In this document: piece by piece, positions 8,911-20,087 of the stretch | Layout of the letters: each line of letters starts with the position of its first letter | Position numbering within the stretch: position 1 is the first letter of the stretch | Assembly: GCA_046327815.1 (NCBI GenBank) | Contig: JAXLXR010000002.1 | Coordinates: 382,422-446,421, forward strand | Direction: 5' to 3' | Length of the DNA: 64,000 nucleotides | DNA from: Candidatus Eiseniibacteriota bacterium | Lineage (GTDB): Bacteria; Eisenbacteria; RBG-16-71-46 | The notes under the pieces: generated by a model | The model's input: only the letters and a program-made list of their open reading frames with translations | Database searches by the model: none | What the model was told of the DNA's origin: nothing | Position numbers and translations under genes: made by a program

Positions 8911-11900
8911 ATGAACTGGATGCGATTCCGCAAGGCACTTTCCTACCCGCTCTTCTTCGCCGCGCTGATCGTCGCCGCGGCACTGAGGGAAGTGCCGAAC
9001 TCCGCGCTCAACCAGGCCATCATCTGGCTGCCCACGGGCGTGGCGATCACCGGCCTGTTCATGGTCGGCAAGCAGGGCTGGTGGGTGATCGCTCTGGCCA
9101 CGCTGGTGCAGCGCGTGCTGCTGAACTACGACTTCAGCGTCGCGGTGCCCGCCGCCGCGGGCAGTTCGGCGGAGGCCGTGATCGGAGTGGTGGTGCTCGA
9201 GCGACTCGGCTTCCGCGCCACGCTCGACCGCCTTCGCGACATCGCCGCGATCGTCGTCGCCGCGATGGTCGCACCGCTCGGCAGCATCTTCTTCTCGTGG
9301 ATCGGCCGGTCGTTCGCCTGGTCGAATCCCGACATGCCGTTCTACTCGGGCTGGGACGGCTGGTGGCGCATGAACGCGCTGGGCGTGCTGACGGTGCTGC
9401 CGGTCACGCTCACCTGGACGCGCATCCCGCGGCACGAGGTCACGCCCCGGCTGGTCGCCGGCACGTTGCTCGCCGTGGGCGCGATCTTCACGGCCGTGTA
9501 CGGGACGTTCGTGATCGTGCCCACGGGCGTGACCGGCGTGCTGCTGGTGAACATCGTGCTCGCGGCGCTCGTGTTCTACGCGGCCGGCCGGTTCGGGCAG
9601 CGCGGAGCCACGCTCGCGAGCGCGGTGTCGGCGATCGCGGTGGCGTCCATGACCACGCGCGGCTACGGCCCGTTCCTCGACGTGCCGCGCGAACACCGCC
9701 ACGTGGCGCTGCAGCTGTTCGAGCTGCTGTTCATCACGCTGCCGCCCGGGTTCGCGGCGCTGGTCGCCGAGCGTCGCGCGGCCGAAGTGCGCGGGGCGCG
9801 CAGCGACGAACTGCGGCGCTCGATCCAGTCCGCGCTTCCCGACATCACCTATCGCCTGCGCCGTGACGGCACGTGTCTCGAGATCTCGACCCCGCCCGGA
9901 GTGGAGCCGCCGTTCCCGCACGACCAGATGATCGGCCGGTCCATCGAGGAATGGATGTCGCCCCTGCAGGTGACCATGGTGCGCGAGCGCATCCTCGCGG
10001 CGTTCGCCCGGGGCGAGGCGGCCACCGTCGAGTTCGAGGTGGTCATGGGAGGCCGGACGCGCATGCGCGAGGCGCGGTGCGTGCCGCACGGCGACGACGA
10101 ACTGCTCGCCGTGGTACGGGACATCACCGACCGCCGCTGGAGCGAGGGCACGACCGCGTTCGAGGCGAACGTACTCGCGCTGGTCGCCACCGGGCGGCCC
10201 ACGCCCGAGGTGTTCCGCGCGATCACGCGCGGCATGGAACGGCTGATGCCCGGCGCGCGCTGCTCCATCGTGACGCTCGAAGGCCGCCTGATGCACGTCG
10301 CGCAGGGCGAGTCGCTGCCCGAGGCCTACAACGCCGCGGTCGAGGGACTCGAGATCGGTCCGCTCGTGGGCTCGTGCGGCGCGGCCGCCGACGGGGCGCG
10401 CACGGTGATCGTGGCGGACATGACGACGAGCCCGCTGTGGGCGCGCTTCCTCGACCGCGTGCTGCCGCTCGGGCTGCGCGCGTGCTGGTCGGTGCCGATC
10501 CTCGCCAGCGACGGTGGCGTGCTGGGCACGTTCGCGATCTACCACGGCGAGGTGCGCGAACCCGATCCGCACGAACTCGCCCTCGCCGAGCGCGCCGCGG
10601 TGCTCGCGGCGATCGTCATGGAACGCGAGCGCCGCATCCACGCCTTGCGGCGCAGCCAGGACCTGCTCGCGTCCATCAACCGCAACGTGAAGGAAGGGCT
10701 GTTCCGCACCACGCCCGAACTCGAGCTGCTCTATTCGAACCACGCGCTGGCCCGGATCTTCGGGTACCTGGGCCCGGAGGAACTCCCGCGGCAGTCGTTC
10801 GAGGCCGCGTTCGTGGACGCCGCGCGGCGCGAGGAGCTCGCGCGCCTGATCCGCGAGACGGGCGAATGGACGAACGAGGAGGTGCGGTTCCTCCGGCGCG
10901 ACGGCAGCCCGTTCTGGGGCCTGCTGTCGGGTACCGCGGTGCGTGACGAGCACGGGCAGGTCGTGCACTACGACGGCGCGATCGCGGACATCACCGAGCG
11001 CAAGGAACTCGAGGCGCAATTCCGGCAGGCGCAGAAGATGGAAGCGGTCGGCAAGCTCGCCGGCGGTGTGGCGCACGACTTCAACAACGTGCTCACCGTG
11101 ATCTACGGCTGCGCGGAAGCGATCCGCAACGACTCGGCCGACACGCCCGCGATCCGCGCGCAGGCCGAACAGGTGCTCGACGCGGCGAGCCGCGCCACGC
11201 GGCTCACGCGCCAGCTGCTCGCGTACAGCCGTCAGCAGGTGCTCTCGCCGCGCGTGCTCGACCTCACGGTGGTGGTGGACCAGATGAGCGCCATGTTGCG
11301 GCGGCTGATCGGCGAGGACTACCGGCTCACCGTCGAGCACGCGTCGGGCCCCTGCTGGGCGCGCGTGGATCCCAGCCAGATCGAACAGGTGCTGCTCAAC
11401 CTGCTCGTGAACGCGCGCGACGCCATGCCGGGCGGCGGTCCGATCGTGCTGCGCACCGAGCACGGCGCGGTCGCCGAGTCCGAGGCGCTGGTGCTCGCGG
11501 GTCCGCGCTCGGGCCCCGCGGTGCGGCTCTGCGTGCGGGACGAAGGCGCCGGCATGAGCAGCGACGTACAGGCCCGCGCGTTCGACCCGTTCTTCACCAC
11601 CAAGCCGCTCGGCCAGGGCACCGGGCTCGGGCTGTCCACGGTGTACGGCATCGTGCAGCAGAGCGGCGGCGCCGTGTGGCTCGACAGCGCCCCCGGCCGC
11701 GGCACGTCCGTGTGGATCGCCCTGCCGCAGTGCGAGCCTCCGGCCGGCGAGCCGGCCGAGACGGTGGCCGCCCCGGCGCCGGCCATGCACGGCACCGTGC
11801 TCGTGGTCGAGGACGAGCCGGGCGTGCGCGCACTGGTCTGCATGACGCTGCGCCGCGCGGGCTACGACGTGATCGAAGCAGCCGACGGCGAAGCCGGCCT

Positions 11901-12171
11901 GCAGGCGGTGGCCGCGCACGCGGGAACGATCGACCTGATCGTGTCCGACGTGGTGATGCCGCGCCTGAACGGCCGCGACATGGCGGAGCGGCTGCTGCAG
12001 GCGCGGCCCGGCCTGCGCTTCCTGTTCATCTCCGGCTACCCCGACGACGCGCGCTCGCCGCAGGACTTCGCCGGCGAAGCGAGCGGTTTCCTCGCCAAGC
12101 CGTTCACGCCGCCGGAACTGCTGGCGGCCGTGCGCGGCGTGCACGAGTCCGCGCCGGCCACCCGGAACTGA
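8911..12171 (+). CDS. hybrid sensor histidine kinase (MASE1-like membrane domain, PAS, GAF, PAS, HisKA, HATPase_c, REC)
   Basis: Roughly 290-aa polytopic N-terminus with a MASE1-like [16 protein letters not shown]-box [12 protein letters not shown]-boxes DEGAGM and [12 protein letters not shown]-terminal receiver [14 protein letters not shown]...[10 protein letters not shown]. Confidence 0.85.
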   Translation: MNWMRFRKALSYPLFFAALIVAAALREVPNSALNQAIIWLPTGVAITGLFMVGKQGWWVIALATLVQRVLLNYDFSVAVPAAAGSSAEAVIGVVVLERLGFRATLDRLRDIAAIVVAAMVAPLGSIFFSWIGRSFAWSNPDMPFYSGWDGWWRMNALGVLTVLPVTLTWTRIPRHEVTPRLVAGTLLAVGAIFTAVYGTFVIVPTGVTGVLLVNIVLAALVFYAAGRFGQRGATLASAVSAIAVASMTTRGYGPFLDVPREHRHVALQLFELLFITLPPGFAALVAERRAAEVRGARSDELRRSIQSALPDITYRLRRDGTCLEISTPPGVEPPFPHDQMIGRSIEEWMSPLQVTMVRERILAAFARGEAATVEFEVVMGGRTRMREARCVPHGDDELLAVVRDITDRRWSEGTTAFEANVLALVATGRPTPEVFRAITRGMERLMPGARCSIVTLEGRLMHVAQGESLPEAYNAAVEGLEIGPLVGSCGAAADGARTVIVADMTTSPLWARFLDRVLPLGLRACWSVPILASDGGVLGTFAIYHGEVREPDPHELALAERAAVLAAIVMERERRIHALRRSQDLLASINRNVKEGLFRTTPELELLYSNHALARIFGYLGPEELPRQSFEAAFVDAARREELARLIRETGEWTNEEVRFLRRDGSPFWGLLSGTAVRDEHGQVVHYDGAIADITERKELEAQFRQAQKMEAVGKLAGGVAHDFNNVLTVIYGCAEAIRNDSADTPAIRAQAEQVLDAASRATRLTRQLLAYSRQQVLSPRVLDLTVVVDQMSAMLRRLIGEDYRLTVEHASGPCWARVDPSQIEQVLLNLLVNARDAMPGGGPIVLRTEHGAVAESEALVLAGPRSGPAVRLCVRDEGAGMSSDVQARAFDPFFTTKPLGQGTGLGLSTVYGIVQQSGGAVWLDSAPGRGTSVWIALPQCEPPAGEPAETVAAPAPAMHGTVLVVEDEPGVRALVCMTLRRAGYDVIEAADGEAGLQAVAAHAGTIDLIVSDVVMPRLNGRDMAERLLQARPGLRFLFISGYPDDARSPQDFAGEASGFLAKPFTPPELLAAVRGVHESAPATRN

Positions 12172-12183
12172 TCCTTCCGCGCT

Positions 12184-13254
12184 TCACCTCCAGCGATCCG
12201 CCTTGGGGTGATGACGCATGGACTTGTGGATCGCCTTCCACTTCGCCTCCTCCTCCGCGCGGGCGCGGGCGTCCACGCGGGTCTCGAGCCAGCGGCGTTC
12301 GCGCTGCAGCTTGCGCCACGACGCGAGACGCTCCTCGGCGAGCGTGCCGGACTCCAGCGCGGCGAGCACCGCGCATCCCGGTTCGCTCTCGTGTGCGCAG
12401 TCGCGGAACCGGCAGCGTTCCGCAAGCGCCGCGATTTCGGGGAACGCGCCGTCCACGGCGTCCTCGCTCGTCCACAGCTTCAACACGCGCATGCCCGGCG
12501 TGTCGAGCAGCACCGCGCCCGAGGGCAACGGCACGAGCTCGCGATGCGTGGTGGTGTGACGGCCGCGCGAATCGTCCTCGCGCACCGCGTGCGTGGCCTG
12601 CCGCGACTCGCCGAGCAGCGCGTTGACGAGCGTGCTCTTGCCGACGCCCGACGAGCCGAGCAGCGCGATCGTGTGCCCGGGCTGCAGCCAGGGCGCGAGC
12701 GCGTCGAGCCCGTCGCCCGCGAGCGCGGACAGCGTCACGACCGGCGTGCCGGGCGACAGCGCCTCGACTTCGGCCACGACCGCGTCGAGATCGGGCGCGA
12801 GGTCGGCCTTGTTGAGCACGAGCACGGGCGTGGCACCGCTTTCCCACGCGGCGGCCACGTAGCGTTCGATGCGGCGCAGGTTGAAGTCGCCGTCGAGGCC
12901 CGACACCAGGAACACGGTATCCACGTTCGCGGCGACGACCTGCGCTTCGGCGGCCGCGTCCACGACCTTGCGCACGAAGGCGCTCGATCGTGGAAGCACG
13001 GCCTCGATCACCGCGGGCGAGGCGTCTCCCGGCCGCACGGCCACCCAGTCGCCGACCGCGGGCAGTTCGGCGCGCGAACGCGCCTCGTGCCGCAGCCGGC
13101 CGGCCAGCTCGGCGGAGCGGGAGCCGCCATCACCCAGGACCTGGTAGCGATCGCGGTCCTCGCGAGAGACGCGCGCGGGTTCGAAACCTCGGGTCCGGTA
13201 CGGCGTGAAGCATTCCTCGGTGCGGGCGTTCCAGCCCAGCGAGGGGAGAGACAT
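12184..13254 (-). CDS. rsgA: ribosome small-subunit-dependent GTPase A (RsgA/EngC)
   Basis: Circularly permuted GTPase motifs: VLNKADL (G4 first), then GSSGVGKSTL (G1) and DTPG. C-terminal zinc ligands CxxC...H..C (CRFRDCAHESEPGC). The start ATG at 13252-13254 was verified on the reverse strand. Confidence 0.85.
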   Translation of the reverse strand: MSLPSLGWNARTEECFTPYRTRGFEPARVSREDRDRYQVLGDGGSRSAELAGRLRHEARSRAELPAVGDWVAVRPGDASPAVIEAVLPRSSAFVRKVVDAAAEAQVVAANVDTVFLVSGLDGDFNLRRIERYVAAAWESGATPVLVLNKADLAPDLDAVVAEVEALSPGTPVVTLSALAGDGLDALAPWLQPGHTIALLGSSGVGKSTLVNALLGESRQATHAVREDDSRGRHTTTHRELVPLPSGAVLLDTPGMRVLKLWTSEDAVDGAFPEIAALAERCRFRDCAHESEPGCAVLAALESGTLAEERLASWRKLQRERRWLETRVDARARAEEEAKWKAIHKSMRHHPKADRWR

Positions 13255-13643
13255 GGGGCACGACCTTTCGTGAACGTCACGCGGATGCGGGGCAGGCCTC
13301 GCCCCGAGGTGAGTGAGCGTGCGTGCGTCACGGCGCCGGGAACGCGCGCGAGCGGCGGGCAACGAAAACGCCGCTCCCGATCTCCGGGGCGGCGCGGGTC
13401 GCGGCGCGAGAAAGGTCGCGGGCGCTAGGCGCGAGTCCGGAGAGGGCGTGACGCACGGAAACCGTTCACACAGGCAATCATCGTTCGTTCGCTCCTTTCC
13501 GTTCACCGGACGCGCACCACGCGCGTCGCGGGAGGCCGGCAATGTACGCGGGCCGGCATGCGGCCGCAAGCGGGATCTTCGCCGGCAGGCGGGTTGCCGC
13601 TCCGGCGGCAGGTTCTCGCTCTCCTGCATGGGGAGGTGCGTGC

Positions 13644-14540
13644 ATGAACCTGGGAACGATCCACACGTTCGCGCTGGCGATCGGGCTCCTGTCGTCCACG
13701 ATGTACTGGCCTGTGGTGCCGCGGGATCCCGACGAGCGGCAGGCGGACGGTTCCGAGAAGCCGCTGCACTGGCAGATCGGCTGGCTGGACAGCATCGGGG
13801 CAATCCCCGCCGATCGCTTCCTGTTCATGCCGACCGACCACGTGCGCCCCGGCCCCCCGAGCGGCCGGGTGCCTGCGGGTGAGTACGGCGCGACGCTCGA
13901 CAGCGCGATCGCACGAAGGCTCGTGTTCCGGGAGACGGCGGCGATGCTCGCCACGGCGTATTCCCGCCGGCAGCAGCTCCAGGCGGCGTTCACGTTCCGT
14001 GAGGCGCTCGCGGAGCCTGAGCTGCTCGACTCGCTCTGGCAGAGCCGCGAGGCCACCATTCGAAGACTCGAAGGGCGGATGCCGCTTCTCGGAGAGGACC
14101 CGGGAACACGACTTCGCCTGATCACCGTCCGCGACGCCGCGTTGCTGCGGTCGTTGCCGCTCTCGGCCTGGTACGAACTGGAGGCGCTGGCGGAAGTACG
14201 CACGGGGAACGGCGGCGTGCCCCGCTTCTTCATGGCCAACGTGGTCGAAATGCTCCAGCACGTGTCGGGAAAGGGCGAACTGCCGGAGGAACTCGGGCTG
14301 CAGGTGTTCGCCGACACCACGCTGTCGTTCGCGACGCGACTCGAGTACTCGCGAAGCGTCACGCGCGCCGGGAACCGCGTGTTGGAGGTACTCGCTCCCA
14401 GCGATGCACCGGCGCACTTCGGCCCCCGGCTCGCGGCCGAACTTCGGCCGACCTGGGAGCGTCTCCGCCGCGAGCGGCGCCTGCCCACGCGCTACCACTG
14501 GTTCGATGAACCCGACGCCCCGGGGAACCCGCTGCACTGA
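13644..14540 (+). CDS. hypothetical protein
   Basis: ATG preceded by GGGAGG. Coding-like GC3 bias. No recognisable domain. Confidence 0.45.
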   Translation: MNLGTIHTFALAIGLLSSTMYWPVVPRDPDERQADGSEKPLHWQIGWLDSIGAIPADRFLFMPTDHVRPGPPSGRVPAGEYGATLDSAIARRLVFRETAAMLATAYSRRQQLQAAFTFREALAEPELLDSLWQSREATIRRLEGRMPLLGEDPGTRLRLITVRDAALLRSLPLSAWYELEALAEVRTGNGGVPRFFMANVVEMLQHVSGKGELPEELGLQVFADTTLSFATRLEYSRSVTRAGNRVLEVLAPSDAPAHFGPRLAAELRPTWERLRRERRLPTRYHWFDEPDAPGNPLH

Positions 14541-14555
14541 TCGAGGGCGCGTCGC

Positions 14556-15890
14556 TCACTCGTGCGCGATCGCCGCGATCGGCGACAGCTTCGCCGCGCG
14601 ACGGGCGGGGTAGGTGCCGAACACGAGCCCGACGAACGACGACGACAGCGTCGCGACCACGACCGACTGCCACGACAGCACCGGCGTGACCGGCGCGTGC
14701 GCGAACGCCCGGAACACCGCGGTGACCGCCACCGCGATCAGGAACCCCACCGCCAGCCCGGCGATCGAGCCGGCCAGCGCGATCGCGACCGACTCGGTGA
14801 GGAACTGCATGCGGATGTCGGCGCCTCGCGCGCCGACGCTCTTGCGGATGCCGATCTCGCGGGTGCGCTCGGTCACCGCGGCGAGCAGCACGTTCATGAT
14901 GCCGATCCCGCCCACGAGCAGCGAAATGCTCACCAGTGCGCCGACGAACACCTTGAGCAGCAGGAACCCGCGCTCGACTTCCTGCAGCTGTTCGCGGCCC
15001 ACGGCCACGCGCACGCGGCGCGGCCAGTCGGGCCAGCGACGCGACAGCCATTCGTGCACGCCCTCCTCGACGCGGTCCACGTCCTCGAGCGATGCCGCGA
15101 GCACCTGGATCGTGGGCGCGGGCCGCTGCCCCGGACGCTGCGGCAGCAGCGTGCGCGCCGCACGGATCGGCGCCAGCGCGCTGCACGAAGGCTCGTCTTC
15201 GTTCTCGAAGCCGGTCGGGGCGAGCACCCCCACCACGCGCCGCGTGCGGTCGTTCACGCGGATGTCGCGGCCGACCATGTCGAGCGGGTCGCCGCCGGGA
15301 TTCAGCTCGCGCGCGAGCGCGTAGTTGATCACGACGACCGGGCGGTTGCGTTCGGCCTCGGTGGTGCTGAAGAAGCGGCCGGCGCCGAGTTCGAGCTTGC
15401 CGAAGTCGGGCAGCGAGGCGCTGCCGAGCAGCAGGCTGGTGGATCGGCGTTCGCCGCGATGCGTGGCCGTGCCGCCGCCGCCCAGCACCAGCGTCGTGGC
15501 CCGCGCGCCTTCGATCTGCTGCAGCAGCGCGTTCGCGTCGGCGGTCGTGAAGATCGGGTAGTCGCGCACCGACTTCCATTCGCCGTTCTCGCGGTACGCC
15601 GTGCGCGGGCTCACCGTGACGACCTGCACGGACATCTCGCGCTGCACCTGCTCGCGCGCGAACGCGAGCAGGCCGTCGCTCACCGCCATGGTGGCGACGA
15701 GCGCGGCGGAGCCGATCAGGATGCCGAGCACGGAAAGCAGCGTGCGCACCGGGTGGATGCGCAACGCGTCGGCCCCCACGGCCAGGTTCTCGAGGAGTAC
15801 GGGGCGCACGCACCATGTACGAACGTGCGCCACGGGTGTCACGGCATCGGTCCGCGCGCTTGCCGGGCGTGCGGGGCCGGGAGCGCCCAC
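14556..15890 (-). CDS. ABC transporter permease, FtsX/MacB-type (no ATPase partner in the window)
   Basis: N-terminal TM, a large extracytoplasmic domain, then a C-terminal FtsX core (LLVGGIGIMNVLLAAVTERTREIGIRKSVGA...). Alternative GTG start at 15809. Confidence 0.75.
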   Translation of the reverse strand: MGAPGPARPASARTDAVTPVAHVRTWCVRPVLLENLAVGADALRIHPVRTLLSVLGILIGSAALVATMAVSDGLLAFAREQVQREMSVQVVTVSPRTAYRENGEWKSVRDYPIFTTADANALLQQIEGARATTLVLGGGGTATHRGERRSTSLLLGSASLPDFGKLELGAGRFFSTTEAERNRPVVVINYALARELNPGGDPLDMVGRDIRVNDRTRRVVGVLAPTGFENEDEPSCSALAPIRAARTLLPQRPGQRPAPTIQVLAASLEDVDRVEEGVHEWLSRRWPDWPRRVRVAVGREQLQEVERGFLLLKVFVGALVSISLLVGGIGIMNVLLAAVTERTREIGIRKSVGARGADIRMQFLTESVAIALAGSIAGLAVGFLIAVAVTAVFRAFAHAPVTPVLSWQSVVVATLSSSFVGLVFGTYPARRAAKLSPIAAIAHE

Positions 15891-15927
15891 GAAGCGAAGG
15901 CGGAGGCGTCCCTTCGGGACGGGAGCG

Positions 15928-16956
15928 TCAGTGCCTTCCGAGCAGCCGCGTGATCCCGGGGGCGCTGGCGCTCACGCGACCGCGCTCGGTGAGCAGCTCG
16001 GTGATGAAGCGCGCCGGCGTCACGTCGAAGCCGGGATTGCGTGCCGGCGTCGCTTCGGGCGTCACCCGCACGCGGCGCAGCACGCCGGCGTCGTCCACGC
16101 CCTCGACATGCGTGACTTCGTCCGCACCGCGCTCCTCGATCGGGATGCTCGCACCGGTGAGCGTGCGCGCGTCCACGGTGCTGAGCGGCGCGGCCACCAC
16201 GAACGGCACGCCGTGCTCGCGTGCCGCCAGCGCGCGGGCATAGGTGCCGATCTTGTTCGCCGCGTCGCCGTTCGCCGCGATCCGGTCGGCGCCGGTGAGC
16301 ACGAGATCCACTTCGCCGCGCTGGATCAGGTGCGAGCCCGCGTTGTCGGCGATCACCGCGTGCGCGACGCCTTCCTGGGCCAGTTCCCACGCCGTGAGCC
16401 GCGCGCCCTGCAGGCGCGGACGCGTCTCGGACACGAACACGAACGGCGCCATGCCCGCGCGCGCGGCCTTGTACACCGGCGCGAGCGCGGTGCCCCAGTC
16501 CTGCACCGCGAGCCAGCCGGCGTTGCAGTGCGTGAGCACGCGGATGCCGGGACGCATGAGCGCCAGCCCGTGCGTGCCGATCGCCTCGGCCGCGGCGACT
16601 TCGGCGTCGTCGAACGCGCGCGCGGCGGCGAGCATGGCGTCGGCGTCCGGTGCGGCGGCGCGTACGGCATCCAGCCCCGTCCACAGGTTGACGGCGGTCG
16701 GGCGCGTGCGTGCGAGGCGTTCGTACGCGGCGGCCAGGTCGTCGCCGCGGCGTGCCGCCAGCGCCAGCGCGTAGCCCGCGACCACGCCGATCAGCGGCGC
16801 GCCGCGCACCGCCATGTCTTCGATCGCGCGTGCGGCGTCCTCCACCGAACGCGCGTGCGCGATTTCCACGCGCGCGGGCAGCGCGCGCTGGTCGAGGAAC
16901 GCGAGCGCGTCGTCGTCCCACCAGCAGGCGCGCGTGTGTGCGCCGTTCACCTTCAT
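15928..16956 (-). CDS. mtnA: S-methyl-5-thioribose-1-phosphate isomerase (eIF-2B alpha/beta/delta family)
   Basis: Full-length similarity to the MtnA/e2B2 family (VRGAPLIGVVAGYALA, RVLTHCNAGWLA, GADRIAANGDAANKIGTY). RBS GGAGGG before the ATG. Confidence 0.85.
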   Translation of the reverse strand: MKVNGAHTRACWWDDDALAFLDQRALPARVEIAHARSVEDAARAIEDMAVRGAPLIGVVAGYALALAARRGDDLAAAYERLARTRPTAVNLWTGLDAVRAAAPDADAMLAAARAFDDAEVAAAEAIGTHGLALMRPGIRVLTHCNAGWLAVQDWGTALAPVYKAARAGMAPFVFVSETRPRLQGARLTAWELAQEGVAHAVIADNAGSHLIQRGEVDLVLTGADRIAANGDAANKIGTYARALAAREHGVPFVVAAPLSTVDARTLTGASIPIEERGADEVTHVEGVDDAGVLRRVRVTPEATPARNPGFDVTPARFITELLTERGRVSASAPGITRLLGRH

Positions 16957-17648
16957 GACCTGCCCTCCGGGCGCGCGGGGGACGGCGCGTTCGCCAACGC
17001 GCGGGCCAGTTCACGCACCAGTGCGCCGCCGGCTTCCTCGGCGGTGGCGCCGAACGCCACGATGCCGTCCTCGTGCCCGCCCATCGCGGCCACGCGCAGC
17101 GAGGCGAATACGCCCTCGCGGTACAGGCGCTGCATCTCGAACGCCATGGCGGGGGTGCCGTTGGCGGCGCCCGGATCGCTCACGGGCAGCCCGAGCGCGC
17201 GCGCCCGGCGCCAGATCGCGGGTGCGTGTGCGTGCAGCACCACGCGCACGGCGGGCGAGCAGTCGTAGAGCGCGGCGTGCGTGAGCGACTCCGAGGACGG
17301 TGCGACCTCGCCGCGGCTCGTCACGGCGTTGCGCGGGATGTCCCAGCGTTCGACGAGGCAGAACTCGCGCAGCGTGGTGTGCGCCAGTGCGCCGGTCTGC
17401 GTGCCGGTCACGAGGAACGGCCGCGCGCCCTGCGGTGCGCCTCCCAGCGGCGCCACGCGTATGCTCACGTTGCCGAACCCCAGCCCCTCGTAGCGCGCCG
17501 GGTCCTGCCCGAGCACCCGCAGGTGCGCGAGAATCTCGCGCCACGCGCCGAGCACGCCCGCGGCTTCGCCGAGCACGCGCGGTTCGAGCGCCCGCGTGGT
17601 GTGCGCGACCGCGAAACGAATGACGCCTTCGGAAGGGGAGTGGGGCAT
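16953..17648 (-). CDS. mtnB: class II aldolase/adducin family protein, probable methylthioribulose-1-phosphate dehydratase
   Basis: Class II aldolase fold motifs (VLHAHAP..., GHEDGIVAFG). 4-bp overlap with mtnA downstream, consistent with a methionine-salvage pair. Confidence 0.7.
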   Translation of the reverse strand: MPHSPSEGVIRFAVAHTTRALEPRVLGEAAGVLGAWREILAHLRVLGQDPARYEGLGFGNVSIRVAPLGGAPQGARPFLVTGTQTGALAHTTLREFCLVERWDIPRNAVTSRGEVAPSSESLTHAALYDCSPAVRVVLHAHAPAIWRRARALGLPVSDPGAANGTPAMAFEMQRLYREGVFASLRVAAMGGHEDGIVAFGATAEEAGGALVRELARALANAPSPARPEGRS

Positions 17649-17699
17649 GGCGGCGCGGAAGCTAGCACTTCGGCGCGCGTGCGTTACATTGCCGCGCGC

Positions 17700-19973
17700 A
17701 TGAAACCCTCCCGCCGGAAGTCCCCGAACCCGGTGCCGTCCGCGGCGGCGGCACCGAACGCGCCGTTCCCGGCGCCGCTCGTGTTCGCGCTCGCGGCGCT
17801 GCCGCCGCTGGTGGCGTACGCGTTCACGCTCGCGCCCGGGCTGGCCGCGGGCGACTCGGGCGAACTCGTCACCGCGGCGTGGACGTTCGGCGTGGCGCAT
17901 CCACCGGGCTACCCGCTCTACGTGATGCTCGCCGGCGCGTGGGCGCATGCCGCGTCGGCCCTCGCCGAGCCCGCACTGGCGCTCAACGCGTTCTCGGCCG
18001 CGTGCGCGAGCGCCGCGGCGGGCGTGCTCGCGGTCGCGGTGCGGCGGCTCACGCGCTCGGCGCCGGGCGCGCTGTTCGCGGCATGGGCGTTCGCGTGGTG
18101 CCTGCCCGTGTGGCGTTACGCGATCGTCGCCGAGGTGTTCGCGCTCAACGCGCTGCTCGCCGCCCTGGCGCTGTGGTGGCTCGTGCGCGCCTGCGACGAC
18201 GACGGGGGAACGCAGGCCGGGCGCGCGGGCCGCGCCATGCTGGCGCTGGTCGGCGTCACGCTGCTCGGCTTCTCGCACCATCACACGTTGCTGCTGCTCG
18301 GGATCCCGGCGTCGCTCGTGGCGTTCGGCGCGGCGTGGTCGCGCGAGCGGCACGCCCGCGCAGCGCTGCTCGCGCGCACCGCGGGCGCCAAGCTGCTCGC
18401 GCTGCTGCCGCTGGCCTGGCTGCCGCTGGCCACGCGCCGCGCCGGGGCGCTGGTGTGGGGCGAAGCCGACACGCCGCGCGGGTTCCTGTCGCTGCTGCTG
18501 CGCGACGACTACGGCACGTTCCGGCTCGATCCGGCGCAGGCGGGCATGAACGCCGACCGCAACCACGTGCTGCTGTGGCTCGAATCGCTGCCGCGCGACT
18601 TCGGCGCAGTGGCGCTGGCCGTGGCGGCGGTCGGCGCGGTGGTGCTGGTGCGTCGCGCGCCGCGCGTGGCCGCGGCGCTGGGCGGCTTCTTCGCGCTGCA
18701 GCTGCTGTTCTTCACGCGCGTGGGATTCCCGTCGGATTCGCCGCTGCTGCGCGGCGTGATCGAGCGCTTCTACATCCTGCCCGCGCTCGTGCTGGCGCTG
18801 CTCGCGGGCGCCGGCGCCGCGTGGCTGTTCGAGCGGCGCGCGTGGTTCGCCGCGCCCGGCGGGCGGCGCTGGCCCGCGGTGGCGGCCGTGGCGGCGTACT
18901 ACGCGATCACGGGCGTGGCGGCGCACGCGGCCGACGTGTCGCAGCGGGGCAACCGGCTGTGCGAGGCGCTCGGCCGCGGCATGCTCGCGAGCTGTCCCGA
19001 GCGTGCGGTGCTGTTCGTGCAGGGCGACCTGCAGCACAACGCGCTCGCCTACCTGCAGCGCGCGCGCGGGCTGCGCCCCGACGTCACCGTGCTCGACCAG
19101 GAACTCATGACCTACGCGTGGTACGTGCGGCGCGTGCGCGCGGCGCACCCGGACCTGCTGCCGCCGTTCGGTGCGGCGCAGCGCGTGTTCCTGCGCGACG
19201 GCCGCGTGGTCGAGGGCTTCGCGATCGCGCGCGGCGATTCGGCCGTGGACCTGCTCACCGAACGCGCGCAGGGCACCGCGCGCGGCGGCGAGATCGTGCG
19301 CGTGGCGCCCATGCCGGCCGAGTCGGCGTTCGCCGCCACGCGCGCGGGCTTCCGCACGGGCTGGCTGCGCGAGCCGAGCGACGACCGGTACTCGGGCCTG
19401 CCCGGCACGCGCAACCTGCTCTGGCTCGACCATCTCGCGCCGGTGCGGCCCGTCGCGTTCCTCGGCGTGAAGGACGACAGCTGGTCGCTGCGCTGGGGCA
19501 TGACGCCGGTGGGCTTCGTGGCGTGGACGAGCCCGGCGGGTGCGCCGCCGGCGCTCGAAGCGCAGACCGCGGTGCTGCTGCGCGTGTTCGGCGAGTCCGG
19601 CATGGACGCCTACTTCGCGCGCCAGGCCGCGACCAGCTTCGAGCGGGTCGAGCAGCCACGCTTCGCCGCGGTGGCGAATCGCGCGGCACTGGTGCTGAGC
19701 CAGCCGCAGGCCGCGGCGGCGATCGCGGCCGACCCGCACGGCTGGCAGGCGCTGAAGCGCTGGGCGGCACGGTTCGAGGCGCTCGAGCCGTCGCCCGATC
19801 CGGCGTGCCTGCGCGCGATCGGGTTCCTGCGCGTGTTCGGGCGCGACTTCGCCGACCACGCCGCCGCCACGCGCGACCTCGAGCGCTGGCTGGCGAGCGG
19901 CGCGGAAGGCGCGGCCGCCGACGCGGAATCCCGCGACATGCTGGCCCGGCTGCGGGCCGAGGCCGGGCGGTAA
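17700..19973 (+). CDS. DUF2723 (TMEM260-like, glycosyltransferase-39-like) polytopic membrane protein
   Basis: The N-terminal AYAFTLAPGLAAGDSGELV motif is typical of DUF2723. About 11 predicted TM helices, followed by a soluble C-terminal domain. Confidence 0.7.
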   Translation: MKPSRRKSPNPVPSAAAAPNAPFPAPLVFALAALPPLVAYAFTLAPGLAAGDSGELVTAAWTFGVAHPPGYPLYVMLAGAWAHAASALAEPALALNAFSAACASAAAGVLAVAVRRLTRSAPGALFAAWAFAWCLPVWRYAIVAEVFALNALLAALALWWLVRACDDDGGTQAGRAGRAMLALVGVTLLGFSHHHTLLLLGIPASLVAFGAAWSRERHARAALLARTAGAKLLALLPLAWLPLATRRAGALVWGEADTPRGFLSLLLRDDYGTFRLDPAQAGMNADRNHVLLWLESLPRDFGAVALAVAAVGAVVLVRRAPRVAAALGGFFALQLLFFTRVGFPSDSPLLRGVIERFYILPALVLALLAGAGAAWLFERRAWFAAPGGRRWPAVAAVAAYYAITGVAAHAADVSQRGNRLCEALGRGMLASCPERAVLFVQGDLQHNALAYLQRARGLRPDVTVLDQELMTYAWYVRRVRAAHPDLLPPFGAAQRVFLRDGRVVEGFAIARGDSAVDLLTERAQGTARGGEIVRVAPMPAESAFAATRAGFRTGWLREPSDDRYSGLPGTRNLLWLDHLAPVRPVAFLGVKDDSWSLRWGMTPVGFVAWTSPAGAPPALEAQTAVLLRVFGESGMDAYFARQAATSFERVEQPRFAAVANRAALVLSQPQAAAAIAADPHGWQALKRWAARFEALEPSPDPACLRAIGFLRVFGRDFADHAAATRDLERWLASGAEGAAADAESRDMLARLRAEAGR

Positions 19974-20087
19974 CCAGCTTTTCCTGCGCCTTCGTGCAAT
20001 TTGCCCCTGTTAGAAGAGGGGGCCGCCGGGCGAAGATTCGACGACATCGTGCCTTCCCGTTCCGTCCCATCCTCGGAGCGCCGAAAC

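Noticed and set aside
7708-12171. Track ORF 7708-12171 taken as a single 1487-aa gene
   Set aside because: The N-terminal 400 aa are antisense to the aminopeptidase gene and are low-complexity. The real kinase begins at ATG 8911, where the MASE1-like membrane domain starts.
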